Assembly: GCA_045653105.1 (NCBI GenBank)
Contig: JAZOLL010000047.1
Span: 698 to 64,697, forward strand
Direction of reading: 5' to 3'
From: Eubacteriales bacterium
GTDB lineage: Bacteria > Bacillota > Clostridia > Oscillospirales > CAG-272
DNA length: 64,000 nucleotides
The number at the start of each line of letters is the position of its first letter. Positions within the stretch are counted from its first letter, which is position 1. Positions 53,608-61,009 of this stretch are shown here, piece after piece. Under the pieces are notes generated by a model, which was given only the letters and a program-made list of their open reading frames with translations, did not search any database and was not told where the DNA came from. A program made the position numbers and the translations under genes.

Positions 53608-56187
53608 ATGAAAAAAAAGCTGACTATCGGCATACTTGCTCACGTTGACGCGGGAAAAACGACCCTCTCTGAGGCGTTGCTCTACCAAGCGGGAAGGATC
53701 AGAACGCTTGGTCGCGTTGACCACAAAAATACTTATCTTGACACAAACTCACTTGAGCGCGAGCGCGGTATCACCATATTCTCAAAGCAGGCGAGATTCT
53801 CTGCAAAGGATACGGACATTATCTTACTCGACACCCCCGGACACGTTGATTTTTCCCCAGAGACCGAGAGAACACTCTCACTTCTTGACTATGCGATACT
53901 CGTTATAAGTGGCTCTGACGGAGTTCAAAATCACACGAGAACGCTTTGGCAGTTGCTTGATTTTTACCGAGTACCTACCTTTGTTTTCATCAACAAGACC
54001 GACATTGCGATAAAGCTCAAGGAAGAACTTGAGGCCGAGGTAAAAAGCGAGCTCTCGGACAAGTGCGCAGCTTTTTTGGAACTTCAGACAAAATCCGAGC
54101 TTGACGAACGCTTGGCGGCAGTAAACGAGGATTTTCTTGATGCTTTTGCGTCCGACACTCCGATAGAAGACTGGGAGATTGCCGAGCTTGTCGCAAGGCG
54201 CGAGCTCTTTCCTTGCTTTTTCGGCTCTGCTCTGCGACTTGAGGGTATAGACTTTATGCTTGACGCTATAGACAGATACACCCTCTCCCCCGTATATCCC
54301 ACCGAGCCCTTTGGCGCGAAGATATACAAGATCGCAAAGGCGGGCTCTACAAGGCTTACTTATATGAAGCTGACATCGGGCTCGCTCTGTGTGAGAGACG
54401 AGATATCCTATCTCTCCTCTGATGACAAAATATACCGTGAAAAGGTATCACAGATACGCCTTTATTCGGGCGACAAATTCGAACAGACCGACAAGGTCAC
54501 GGCAGGTGAGATATGCGCTGTCGTAGGTCTCTCTGCGACATACGTGGGACAAGGTCTTGAAAATGAGGAAAACGCGAGTGCACCGCTTCTTGTACCTGTA
54601 CTTACCTATACGGTAAAGTTCCCCGCCACCGCAGATCCCAGACTCTGCTATCCAAAGCTACGCGAGCTTGAGGAGGAAGAGCCGTCTTTCCACGTTCGTT
54701 GGAATAACGAGGCATCCTCTGTTGAGGTCAGCCTTATGGGCGACGTGCAGACAGATCTTTTAAAACATATGATATCCGAGCGCTTCGGCATGGAGGTGTC
54801 CTTTGAGAACGGAAGCATTCTCTACAAGGAAAAAGCATCCAAACGGGCGCTTGGCATAGGACATTTTGAGCCGCTTCGCCACTATGCCGAAGTGCAGCTT
54901 GTAATTGAGCCGCAACCGAGAGGAACGGGGCTTATATTCGATTCCGACGTGCCAGAGGACGAGCTTGCTGTAAACTGGCAAAGGCTTGTGCTATCTCACC
55001 TTTACGAAAAGGATCATCGTGGCACTCTTATCGGTGCACCGCTGACAGACACCAAGATAACGCTTGTTGCGGGTCGCGCACATATCAAGCACACAGAGGG
55101 TGGCGACTTCAGAGAGGCGACGCTTCGCGCGGTTCGTCACGGACTTATGCGCGCAGAGTGCACACTCCTTGAGCCATACTATAAATTTGCACTTAACATT
55201 CCAAGCTTTGCCGTTGGCAGAGCGCTCTCTGATCTTGAATGCAGAAGCGCGGAGTTTGAGATAACTCATTCCGATGAAAAAAGCGCAGTCATAGTTGGAA
55301 AAGCGCCAGTGGCGACAATCTGGGATTACTCTCGCGAAGTGATATCATTCACACATGGAGAAGGCACGCTCGCTTGTAGCTTTGACGGATATTATCCCTG
55401 CCACAACCAAGACGAGATCATAGCAGCTTCGGCCTATGATCCTGAAGCAGATCTTGAAAATCCCCCGCACTCGGTATTCTGCGCTCACGGAGCGGGATTT
55501 GTTGTGCGTTGGAGTGAGGTCGAGGACTACAAGCACATATCCTACGAGCCGAAAAAGATGTCATCGGATTCAACTATTCCCTCTGTTTCAAGGCTCAGCA
55601 AAAAATATAACGTATCCGCCGAGGAGCTTGAAGCCTTGATGCTCCGTGAATTCGGTCCGATATCGAGGAGAGTATACAGCGAGCCTAAGCGAAACGCGGC
55701 GGCATCCGAGACAAAGCAGAAAAAGATAAAGCCACAAGCATCTAGAAAAAATTCTGTTATAATAGACGGATACAACCTCATATACGCTTGGGATGAGCTC
55801 AAAGAACTAGCGGACTTTTCGCTTGAAAAGGCGAGAGAGACGCTTATGGATATCCTTGCAAACTACGTCGCTTACACGAAATGTGAAGTGATCCTTGTAT
55901 TTGACGCATACCTTGTAAAGCAAAATGGTGCGGATTTTGAAAAAGACGGTTTCCGCGTTGTATTTACAAAAGAGGACCAGACTGCAGACGCATTTATTGA
56001 GCGACTTATGTTTGAGCTTGGTCCAAACTACGACATAAAGGTTGTAACAGGAGACAGACTACTGCAGTTCTCCGCCGTTCGTTCGGGAATACTCAGAATG
56101 ACCGCAAACGAATTTGTCGATGAGCTTATAAGCGTTGGCAACGAGATAACAAGCTTTATAAGGCGTTTAGCTGAAGAAAAGATATAA
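53608..56187 (+). CDS. fusion protein: TetM/EF-G-type translational GTPase plus C-terminal YacP/Rae1-type NYN ribonuclease domain
   Basis: GTPase motifs G1 AHVDAGKT, G2 RGITI, G3 DTPGH, G4 NKTD, then EF-G domain II-V-like sequence to about aa 640. After a linker, VIIDGYNLIYAW, LVFDAYLVK, VFTKEDQTADAFIERL and VVTGDRLLQ. Confidence 0.8.
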   Translation: MKKKLTIGILAHVDAGKTTLSEALLYQAGRIRTLGRVDHKNTYLDTNSLERERGITIFSKQARFSAKDTDIILLDTPGHVDFSPETERTLSLLDYAILVISGSDGVQNHTRTLWQLLDFYRVPTFVFINKTDIAIKLKEELEAEVKSELSDKCAAFLELQTKSELDERLAAVNEDFLDAFASDTPIEDWEIAELVARRELFPCFFGSALRLEGIDFMLDAIDRYTLSPVYPTEPFGAKIYKIAKAGSTRLTYMKLTSGSLCVRDEISYLSSDDKIYREKVSQIRLYSGDKFEQTDKVTAGEICAVVGLSATYVGQGLENEENASAPLLVPVLTYTVKFPATADPRLCYPKLRELEEEEPSFHVRWNNEASSVEVSLMGDVQTDLLKHMISERFGMEVSFENGSILYKEKASKRALGIGHFEPLRHYAEVQLVIEPQPRGTGLIFDSDVPEDELAVNWQRLVLSHLYEKDHRGTLIGAPLTDTKITLVAGRAHIKHTEGGDFREATLRAVRHGLMRAECTLLEPYYKFALNIPSFAVGRALSDLECRSAEFEITHSDEKSAVIVGKAPVATIWDYSREVISFTHGEGTLACSFDGYYPCHNQDEIIAASAYDPEADLENPPHSVFCAHGAGFVVRWSEVEDYKHISYEPKKMSSDSTIPSVSRLSKKYNVSAEELEALMLREFGPISRRVYSEPKRNAAASETKQKKIKPQASRKNSVIIDGYNLIYAWDELKELADFSLEKARETLMDILANYVAYTKCEVILVFDAYLVKQNGADFEKDGFRVVFTKEDQTADAFIERLMFELGPNYDIKVVTGDRLLQFSAVRSGILRMTANEFVDELISVGNEITSFIRRLAEEKI

Positions 56188-56220
56188 AAAACAACGGCAA
56201 CTTTCGTTGCCGTTGTTTTT
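56186..56220. terminator. bidirectional intrinsic terminator
   Basis: AAAAACAACGGCAAC-TTTC-GTTGCCGTTGTTTTT. Confidence 0.8.
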
Positions 56221-56226
56221 GTTTTC

Positions 56227-56760
56227 TTATTTACAAAACGTATCTATGTAGCTATTGATGGCGGTCTCTATGATAGTTATCGCAACCTCTCTGGGGCTTA
56301 CCTCGTTTACAGCTGTAGTCTTGTTCTCAAGGTTTTTATATACCTTAAAGAAGTGTCTCATTTCATCAAACACGTGTGAGGGTAGCTGGTCGATATCCGT
56401 ATACTGATTATAGTTAGGATCGTTGAAGGGTATCGCGATTATCTTTTCGTCCTGTCTGCCGTTATCCACCATGGATATTACACCAATGGGATATGCTCTT
56501 ACAAGCGTCATGGGCTCGATAGCCTCGGCGCAGAGAAGCAGAACGTCAAGCGGGTCTCCGTCGTCACCAAAGGTGCGCGGGATAAATCCGTAATTTGCGG
56601 GATAGTGGGTGGATGTGTAAAGTATTCTGTCAAGCATTATGAAGCCTGTTTCCTTGTCAAGCTCATACTTTTTCTTGCTTCCTTTGGATATCTCTATAAC
56701 ACAGATAAAATCCTCAGGTGTTATTCTCTTGGGTGAAATATCGTGCCAAATATTAGACAT
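56227..56760 (-). CDS. ppa: inorganic pyrophosphatase (family I)
   Basis: Start MSNIWHDI after AAGGAGG; KYELDKETG, YPANYGFIP.T..DDGDPLDVL. Confidence 0.9.
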   Translation of the reverse strand: MSNIWHDISPKRITPEDFICVIEISKGSKKKYELDKETGFIMLDRILYTSTHYPANYGFIPRTFGDDGDPLDVLLLCAEAIEPMTLVRAYPIGVISMVDNGRQDEKIIAIPFNDPNYNQYTDIDQLPSHVFDEMRHFFKVYKNLENKTTAVNEVSPREVAITIIETAINSYIDTFCK

Positions 56761-56777
56761 TTTGCGCCTCCTTATAA

Positions 56778-57320
56778 TCATTTCATCATTCCGTAGCCAC
56801 CGGCATATTTGCTGACCTCGGACGCTACGACAAATACCTTTTTATCACAGATCTTTCTTATCTCTTTTAAAAGCTTTCCTGCCTCGCGTCGCGGAAGGAT
56901 GATAATTATCATATTCATCTTATCGACAGAGCCCTGTCCGTCGAAAACCGTGTATCCTCTGCCCTTTTCTTTAAGATAAGCCTTTATCTTCTCGGTATTC
57001 TCATCGTTAGCTATAAGCTGAAGATTGGAAGTGCCGAGCGCTATCTTTCCCTCGATAGTCGAACCGAGGAAAAGTCCGGTTGCGTATCCTACCGCGTAGA
57101 AAAGCAGAAGCAGATAATTGTCTCCAAGTGTTCCGATTATAGTGGAGATAGCAAGCCCCCATATTACACATTCGATAAATCCAAGCCCTGCCGCTTTCAT
57201 CTTCTGTCCCTTGACCATCATACAGGTCTTGAGAGACTGTATCGTTATCTCGATTATCTTTGCCGCGCAAACGATAAAACAGACAAGTATCGGCGGAATG
57301 GATGCCAAAAATTCAGACAT
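56778..57320 (-). CDS. UPF0316/DUF2179 family membrane protein
   Basis: Three N-terminal TM helices plus a C-terminal soluble DUF2179-like part (...GYTVFDGQGS...). Confidence 0.55.
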   Translation of the reverse strand: MSEFLASIPPILVCFIVCAAKIIEITIQSLKTCMMVKGQKMKAAGLGFIECVIWGLAISTIIGTLGDNYLLLLFYAVGYATGLFLGSTIEGKIALGTSNLQLIANDENTEKIKAYLKEKGRGYTVFDGQGSVDKMNMIIIILPRREAGKLLKEIRKICDKKVFVVASEVSKYAGGYGMMK

Positions 57321-57432
57321 ATAATTCTCCTTTGCAACGTGTCTTGGTTAGAGCAGACTTCTCTCTTGTACTACTCTTTCGTAATTGTATCACATTTTTT
57401 CGATTTTTGCAAGTTATACGGCAATTTTTATA

Positions 57433-57461
57433 TTGACTTTTTTATTTCTCGGGTGTATAAT
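57433..57461 (+). promoter_or_regulatory. consensus promoter (TTGACT-17-TATAAT) of the transporter gene
   Basis: TTGACT at 57433-57438, TATAAT at 57456-57461. Confidence 0.55.
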
Positions 57462-57501
57462 CTTTTAGACATTTAATAAAACCAAAAAAGGACCTCCTTT
57501 T

Positions 57502-58800
57502 ATGCTTGTTACTCTTTTAATTTCACTTGTAATAATTGCTATATTTATAATAAGCATACTCTTTTATCCATCCGTGATATTTAAGGGACACACCATAAAA
57601 ATTTATTCCTTTATACCGATAATAGGCGCTATTATCCTAACGCTTATGGGAAGGATAAGATTTTCTCAGATAGTCTCTGCTTTCTCGGAAAACACATCTG
57701 TAAATCCGCTGAAAATACTTGTATTGTTTCTGTCTATGACTACATTCTCACTCGTGCTTGAGCAGACAGGATTCTTTTCCTACATATCAAGCGCCGTGCT
57801 TAAAAAGACAGGCGGAAACCAGTTTTTGATCTTTATCTCCTTTTACGTTGTAATTTCTATATTGACCGTATTTACCTCAAATGACATAATCATTCTCACC
57901 TTTACCCCCTTTATATGTCACTTTTGTAAATCCGCAAAGGTAAAAGCGCTTCCCTATCTGATCATGGAATTTGTTGCGGCAAACACATGGAGTCTTTTGT
58001 TGATAATTGGAAATCCGACAAACATATATATATGCAGCGCGTTTGAAATAGGCTTTATGCCTTACCTCAAGGTAATGCTTCTCCCTACAGTTTTGGCGGG
58101 TATTTCCTCGCTTTTGGTAATGCTTTTACTCTTTAGAAAAAAGCTGAGCCGACCTATGCAGGAGTGCGAAGAGCACGGAGAGATAAACGACAAGCCCGTT
58201 ATGCTCATATCGCTTATCCACCTGCTTGTGTGTGTCGTGGCTTTGGCGATCTCTCAGTATCTCTTGCTTGAAATGTGGATAATATCCCTTGTGACCGCCC
58301 TCTCCGAGATATTCTGTGTAGCGATTTGCCTGATCGTAAGAAAGAAAAAATTCACACCTCTCACAAAGGGACTTATGGGTATGCCTTTTGAGATAATCCC
58401 GTTTATAACGGGAATGTTTATCATAGTTTTATCTCTTGAAAATAGCGGAATAACAAGCGCTATTGAAACACTTCTCAAGCCTTACCCCAACATTTTCACA
58501 TACGGATATCTCTCGTTCATCTCCGCTAACATAGTAAACAATATACCTATGAGCGTTCTTTTCTCAAAGATACTCACCTCGGCATCTCCCGTAAGCATTG
58601 GCGGAGTTTATGCGACGGTCATCGGCTCAAACATCGGCGCTTTTTTAACACCTGTAGGCGCGCTTGCAGGCATTATGTGGTCTAATCTTTTGAGAAAAAA
58701 CGGCATCAGGATAACCTTTTCAAGATTTGTAAAGTACGGCGCTGTCATAGGCATCACCTCTATAACCGCCGCGCTTTGCGGACTTTATTTAGTGCTTTAA
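57502..58800 (+). CDS. ArsB/NhaD-superfamily (ion transporter) permease
   Basis: 432 aa, 10-12 TM helices, family-like blocks (NDIIILTFTP, GNPTNIY, NNIPMSV, GSNIGAFLTPVGALAG). Confidence 0.55.
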   Translation: MLVTLLISLVIIAIFIISILFYPSVIFKGHTIKIYSFIPIIGAIILTLMGRIRFSQIVSAFSENTSVNPLKILVLFLSMTTFSLVLEQTGFFSYISSAVLKKTGGNQFLIFISFYVVISILTVFTSNDIIILTFTPFICHFCKSAKVKALPYLIMEFVAANTWSLLLIIGNPTNIYICSAFEIGFMPYLKVMLLPTVLAGISSLLVMLLLFRKKLSRPMQECEEHGEINDKPVMLISLIHLLVCVVALAISQYLLLEMWIISLVTALSEIFCVAICLIVRKKKFTPLTKGLMGMPFEIIPFITGMFIIVLSLENSGITSAIETLLKPYPNIFTYGYLSFISANIVNNIPMSVLFSKILTSASPVSIGGVYATVIGSNIGAFLTPVGALAGIMWSNLLRKNGIRITFSRFVKYGAVIGITSITAALCGLYLVL

Positions 58801-58818
58801 GCCAAGGAGGAAAGAAAA

Positions 58819-59547
58819 ATGGAATTTTGGCACGGCTTTAAATCAGAAAGTTTCAAGTTTGAGGGACACGATGCTATAATCGTATTCCCCAACGCCCCCG
58901 ACAAAAAGAAAAACTGGGCGCTCAAAACAGAATATTGGGACGCTTTTCCCGAGGAAGAGATCGAGCTTTTAAAGCAAGGCTTTCACATTGCCTGGGTAGA
59001 TAACGTAACGCGTTTCGCTACCAAAGAAGACTGCGACACAAAGGCAAGATTTGTTAAGTTTTTGAGTGAGGAATACTCTCTTCGTGACAAATGTGTGCCT
59101 GTTGGAATGAGCTGTGGCGGCGCGCACGCAGTCAACTTTGCGGGATATCATCCCGAGTGCGTTGTTTGTATGTTTATCGATGCACCGGTGTTGAACTTTT
59201 GCAGCTATCCCGGAAAACTCAAAAACGACCACACCGAACGTGTGTGGGCGCGTGAGTTTGTCGTGGCATACCCCGGAGTTACAAGAGCGGATCTGCTCTC
59301 ATTTGAGCCTCATCCCCTCAACCGCACAAACACTCTGATATCACACAATATACCGGTAATTATGTCCTACGGCACGAATGATCTTGTTGTTCCCTATCAC
59401 GAAAACGGACAGCTTATGGAGGAAAAATATACAAACACGCCCGAGCTGCTAATACTTATCCCAAGAGAGGGCGAGGGACACCATCCACACGGAGTTCCAA
59501 GCGATCCTCAAAAAATAACAAATCACATATTGAAATTTACAAAATGA
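58819..59547 (+). CDS. alpha/beta hydrolase
   Basis: GMSCGG nucleophile elbow and a C-terminal His (GEGHHPHG). Confidence 0.55.
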   Translation: MEFWHGFKSESFKFEGHDAIIVFPNAPDKKKNWALKTEYWDAFPEEEIELLKQGFHIAWVDNVTRFATKEDCDTKARFVKFLSEEYSLRDKCVPVGMSCGGAHAVNFAGYHPECVVCMFIDAPVLNFCSYPGKLKNDHTERVWAREFVVAYPGVTRADLLSFEPHPLNRTNTLISHNIPVIMSYGTNDLVVPYHENGQLMEEKYTNTPELLILIPREGEGHHPHGVPSDPQKITNHILKFTK

Positions 59548-59556
59548 TCGTAAAAT

Positions 59557-59580
59557 ACGGCGCACATACTTGTGCGCCGT
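59557..59580 (+). terminator. intrinsic terminator
   Basis: ACGGCGCACA-TACT-TGTGCGCCGT followed by ATCGTTTTTT. Confidence 0.75.
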
Positions 59581-59593
59581 ATCGTTTTTTGTC

Positions 59594-59617
59594 ATATTGA
59601 CAAAAGCTTGTCAATAT
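59594..59617. promoter_or_regulatory. 10-bp-arm palindrome ATATTGACAA-N4-TTGTCAATAT (candidate operator); a third half-site lies at 59632-59638
   Basis: Perfect inverted repeat seen directly, 30-55 nt upstream of the -35 of the EIIC promoter. Confidence 0.45.
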
Positions 59618-59646
59618 TTGTGTGAAAAATATGTCAATGTTTGAAC

Positions 59647-59675
59647 TTGAAATCGATAACGCTTTATGATATACT
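59647..59675 (+). promoter_or_regulatory. promoter of the PTS EIIC gene (TTGAAA-17-TATACT, TG-extended)
   Basis: TTGAAA at 59647-59652, TGATATACT at 59667-59675. Confidence 0.5.
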
Positions 59676-59713
59676 TTATTCAAATAAAATCATACTACAA
59701 AAGAGGAATTCTT

Positions 59714-60778
59714 ATGAAAACAGTAAAAAAGTATTTGAAGCGTTATTTTATTGACGCCATGGGGGCTATGGCTCTCGGTCTCTTTGCATCTCTTCTTATC
59801 GGTACTATCTTCAAAGCGATCGGTATGATCCCCCACCTCGAATTTATGGCTACCATCGGCGCATATGCTCAGGCAATGGCAGGAGCTACAATGGCTGCGG
59901 CTATTGCTTACTCGCTCAAGGCTCACCCCCTTGTTATCTTCTCTGCGGCGGCTGTAGGTCACGCGGCAAACACTCTCGGTGCGGCAGGAGGACCTCTCGC
60001 GGTATTCTTTATTGCAATAATCGCTGTCGAGATCGGTATGCTCGTCTCCAAGAAAACCAAGGTCGATATAATCGTAACTCCCTTCGTAACTGTATTTGTC
60101 GGCGGAGTTTGCTCGATTCTTATCGCCCCCCACATCGGAACACTTGTCGGATACATAAGCAACCTCATCAGCTGGGCGGCTGTACAGGCACCTATGATAA
60201 CAGGAATCATCGTATCTGTAGTTATTGGTGTATGTCTCACACTTCCCATCTCCAGCGCGGCTATCTGCGCAGGTCTTGCTCTCACGGGAAGCGCGCTGAC
60301 CAGTGGCACTGAAGGTCTTGCAATTGCGGGTGCTGCAGCTGTTGCGGGATGTTGCGCGCAGATGGTCGGCTTTGCCGTTATCAGCTTCAGAGAAAACCGT
60401 TGGAACGGTCTTCTCTCTCAGGGTATCGGTACAAGTATGCTCCAGATGCCCAACATAATCAAGCACCCCCAAATATGGATTGCTCCGACCCTTGCGTCCG
60501 CGATAACCGGACCGCTCGCTGTCTGCGTTTTCAATCTTCGTATGTATGGAGCAGCTATCAACTCGGGTATGGGTACTTGCGGTCTTCTCGGTCCTATCGG
60601 TATTATACTCGGTTGGATCTCCCCCGAAAACGGATACCCCGGTGAGGTCACTTCTCTTCACTGGATCGGTCTCGCGCTTATCTGCTTCATCCTTCCTGCT
60701 ATCCTCTCGTTTGTTTTTAATGAGATACTCAGAAAGATAGGACTCGTCAAGGACGGATATATGAAGCTTGAAGATTAA
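59714..60778 (+). CDS. PTS transporter subunit IIC (PTS_EIIC_2-like), stand-alone
   Basis: Start MKTVKKYLKRYFIDAMGAMALGLFASLLIGTIF after AGAGGA. Gly/Ala-rich polytopic protein. Confidence 0.6.
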   Translation: MKTVKKYLKRYFIDAMGAMALGLFASLLIGTIFKAIGMIPHLEFMATIGAYAQAMAGATMAAAIAYSLKAHPLVIFSAAAVGHAANTLGAAGGPLAVFFIAIIAVEIGMLVSKKTKVDIIVTPFVTVFVGGVCSILIAPHIGTLVGYISNLISWAAVQAPMITGIIVSVVIGVCLTLPISSAAICAGLALTGSALTSGTEGLAIAGAAAVAGCCAQMVGFAVISFRENRWNGLLSQGIGTSMLQMPNIIKHPQIWIAPTLASAITGPLAVCVFNLRMYGAAINSGMGTCGLLGPIGIILGWISPENGYPGEVTSLHWIGLALICFILPAILSFVFNEILRKIGLVKDGYMKLED

Positions 60779-60807
60779 ATTATTAAAAAAGAAAAATCGC
60801 AAAAACT

Positions 60808-60836
60808 CTTGATTTTTTTCGATCCATAGTGTATAA
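60808..60836 (+). promoter_or_regulatory. promoter (TTGATT-17-TATAAT) of the CNNM transporter leader
   Basis: TTGATT at 60808-60813, TATAAT at 60831-60836. Confidence 0.5.
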
Positions 60837-60873
60837 TATATTAAATCATATTTTAGTGGAGGCACATACTACT

Positions 60874-60927
60874 AATGGACACAGACAGTTGCGACGGTAA
60901 TAACCGCAACGCAAATACATTCCAATA
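60874..60927 (+). other. candidate 17-codon leader uORF (MDTDSCDGNNRNANTFQ)
   Basis: ATG lies 12 nt after GGAGG. Stop TAA at 60925-60927 lies 8 nt before the terminator stem. Speculative. Confidence 0.25.
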
Positions 60928-60935
60928 ACGTAATT

Positions 60936-60971
60936 TAAGGTATATCCGGAGATTTTTCGGATATACCTTTT
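60936..60971 (+). terminator. leader terminator upstream of the CNNM transporter gene
   Basis: AAGGTATATCCG-9 nt-CGGATATACCTT followed by TTT, 38 nt before the ATG. Confidence 0.6.
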
Positions 60972-61009
60972 TGTGCTTATATTTATTTTAAGGAGTAATA
61001 AAAAACACC

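Noticed and set aside
53608-55560. Possible acquired tet(M)/tet(O)-type tetracycline resistance gene
   Set aside because: The similarity is only at family level (GTPase motifs and domain order). No transposon, integrase or conjugation genes flank it, its composition matches the neighbourhood, and it is fused to a NYN domain. I treat it as a chromosomal translation-factor paralog, not a resistance determinant. Only an MIC test or a close BLAST hit could overturn this.
59690-60865. 391-aa minus-strand ORF
   Set aside because: It is antisense to the EIIC gene. It is Arg/Ser/Asp/Cys-rich and hydrophilic nonsense opposite a Gly/Ala-rich membrane protein, with no RBS.
60843-60935. M-box (ykoK) magnesium riboswitch or NiCo/czcD-type riboswitch upstream of the CNNM transporter
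   Set aside because: The pre-terminator leader is only ~90 nt and lacks the multi-helix M-box architecture and its GGUGAGGCUCC-like core. No four-way-junction NiCo pattern is evident.
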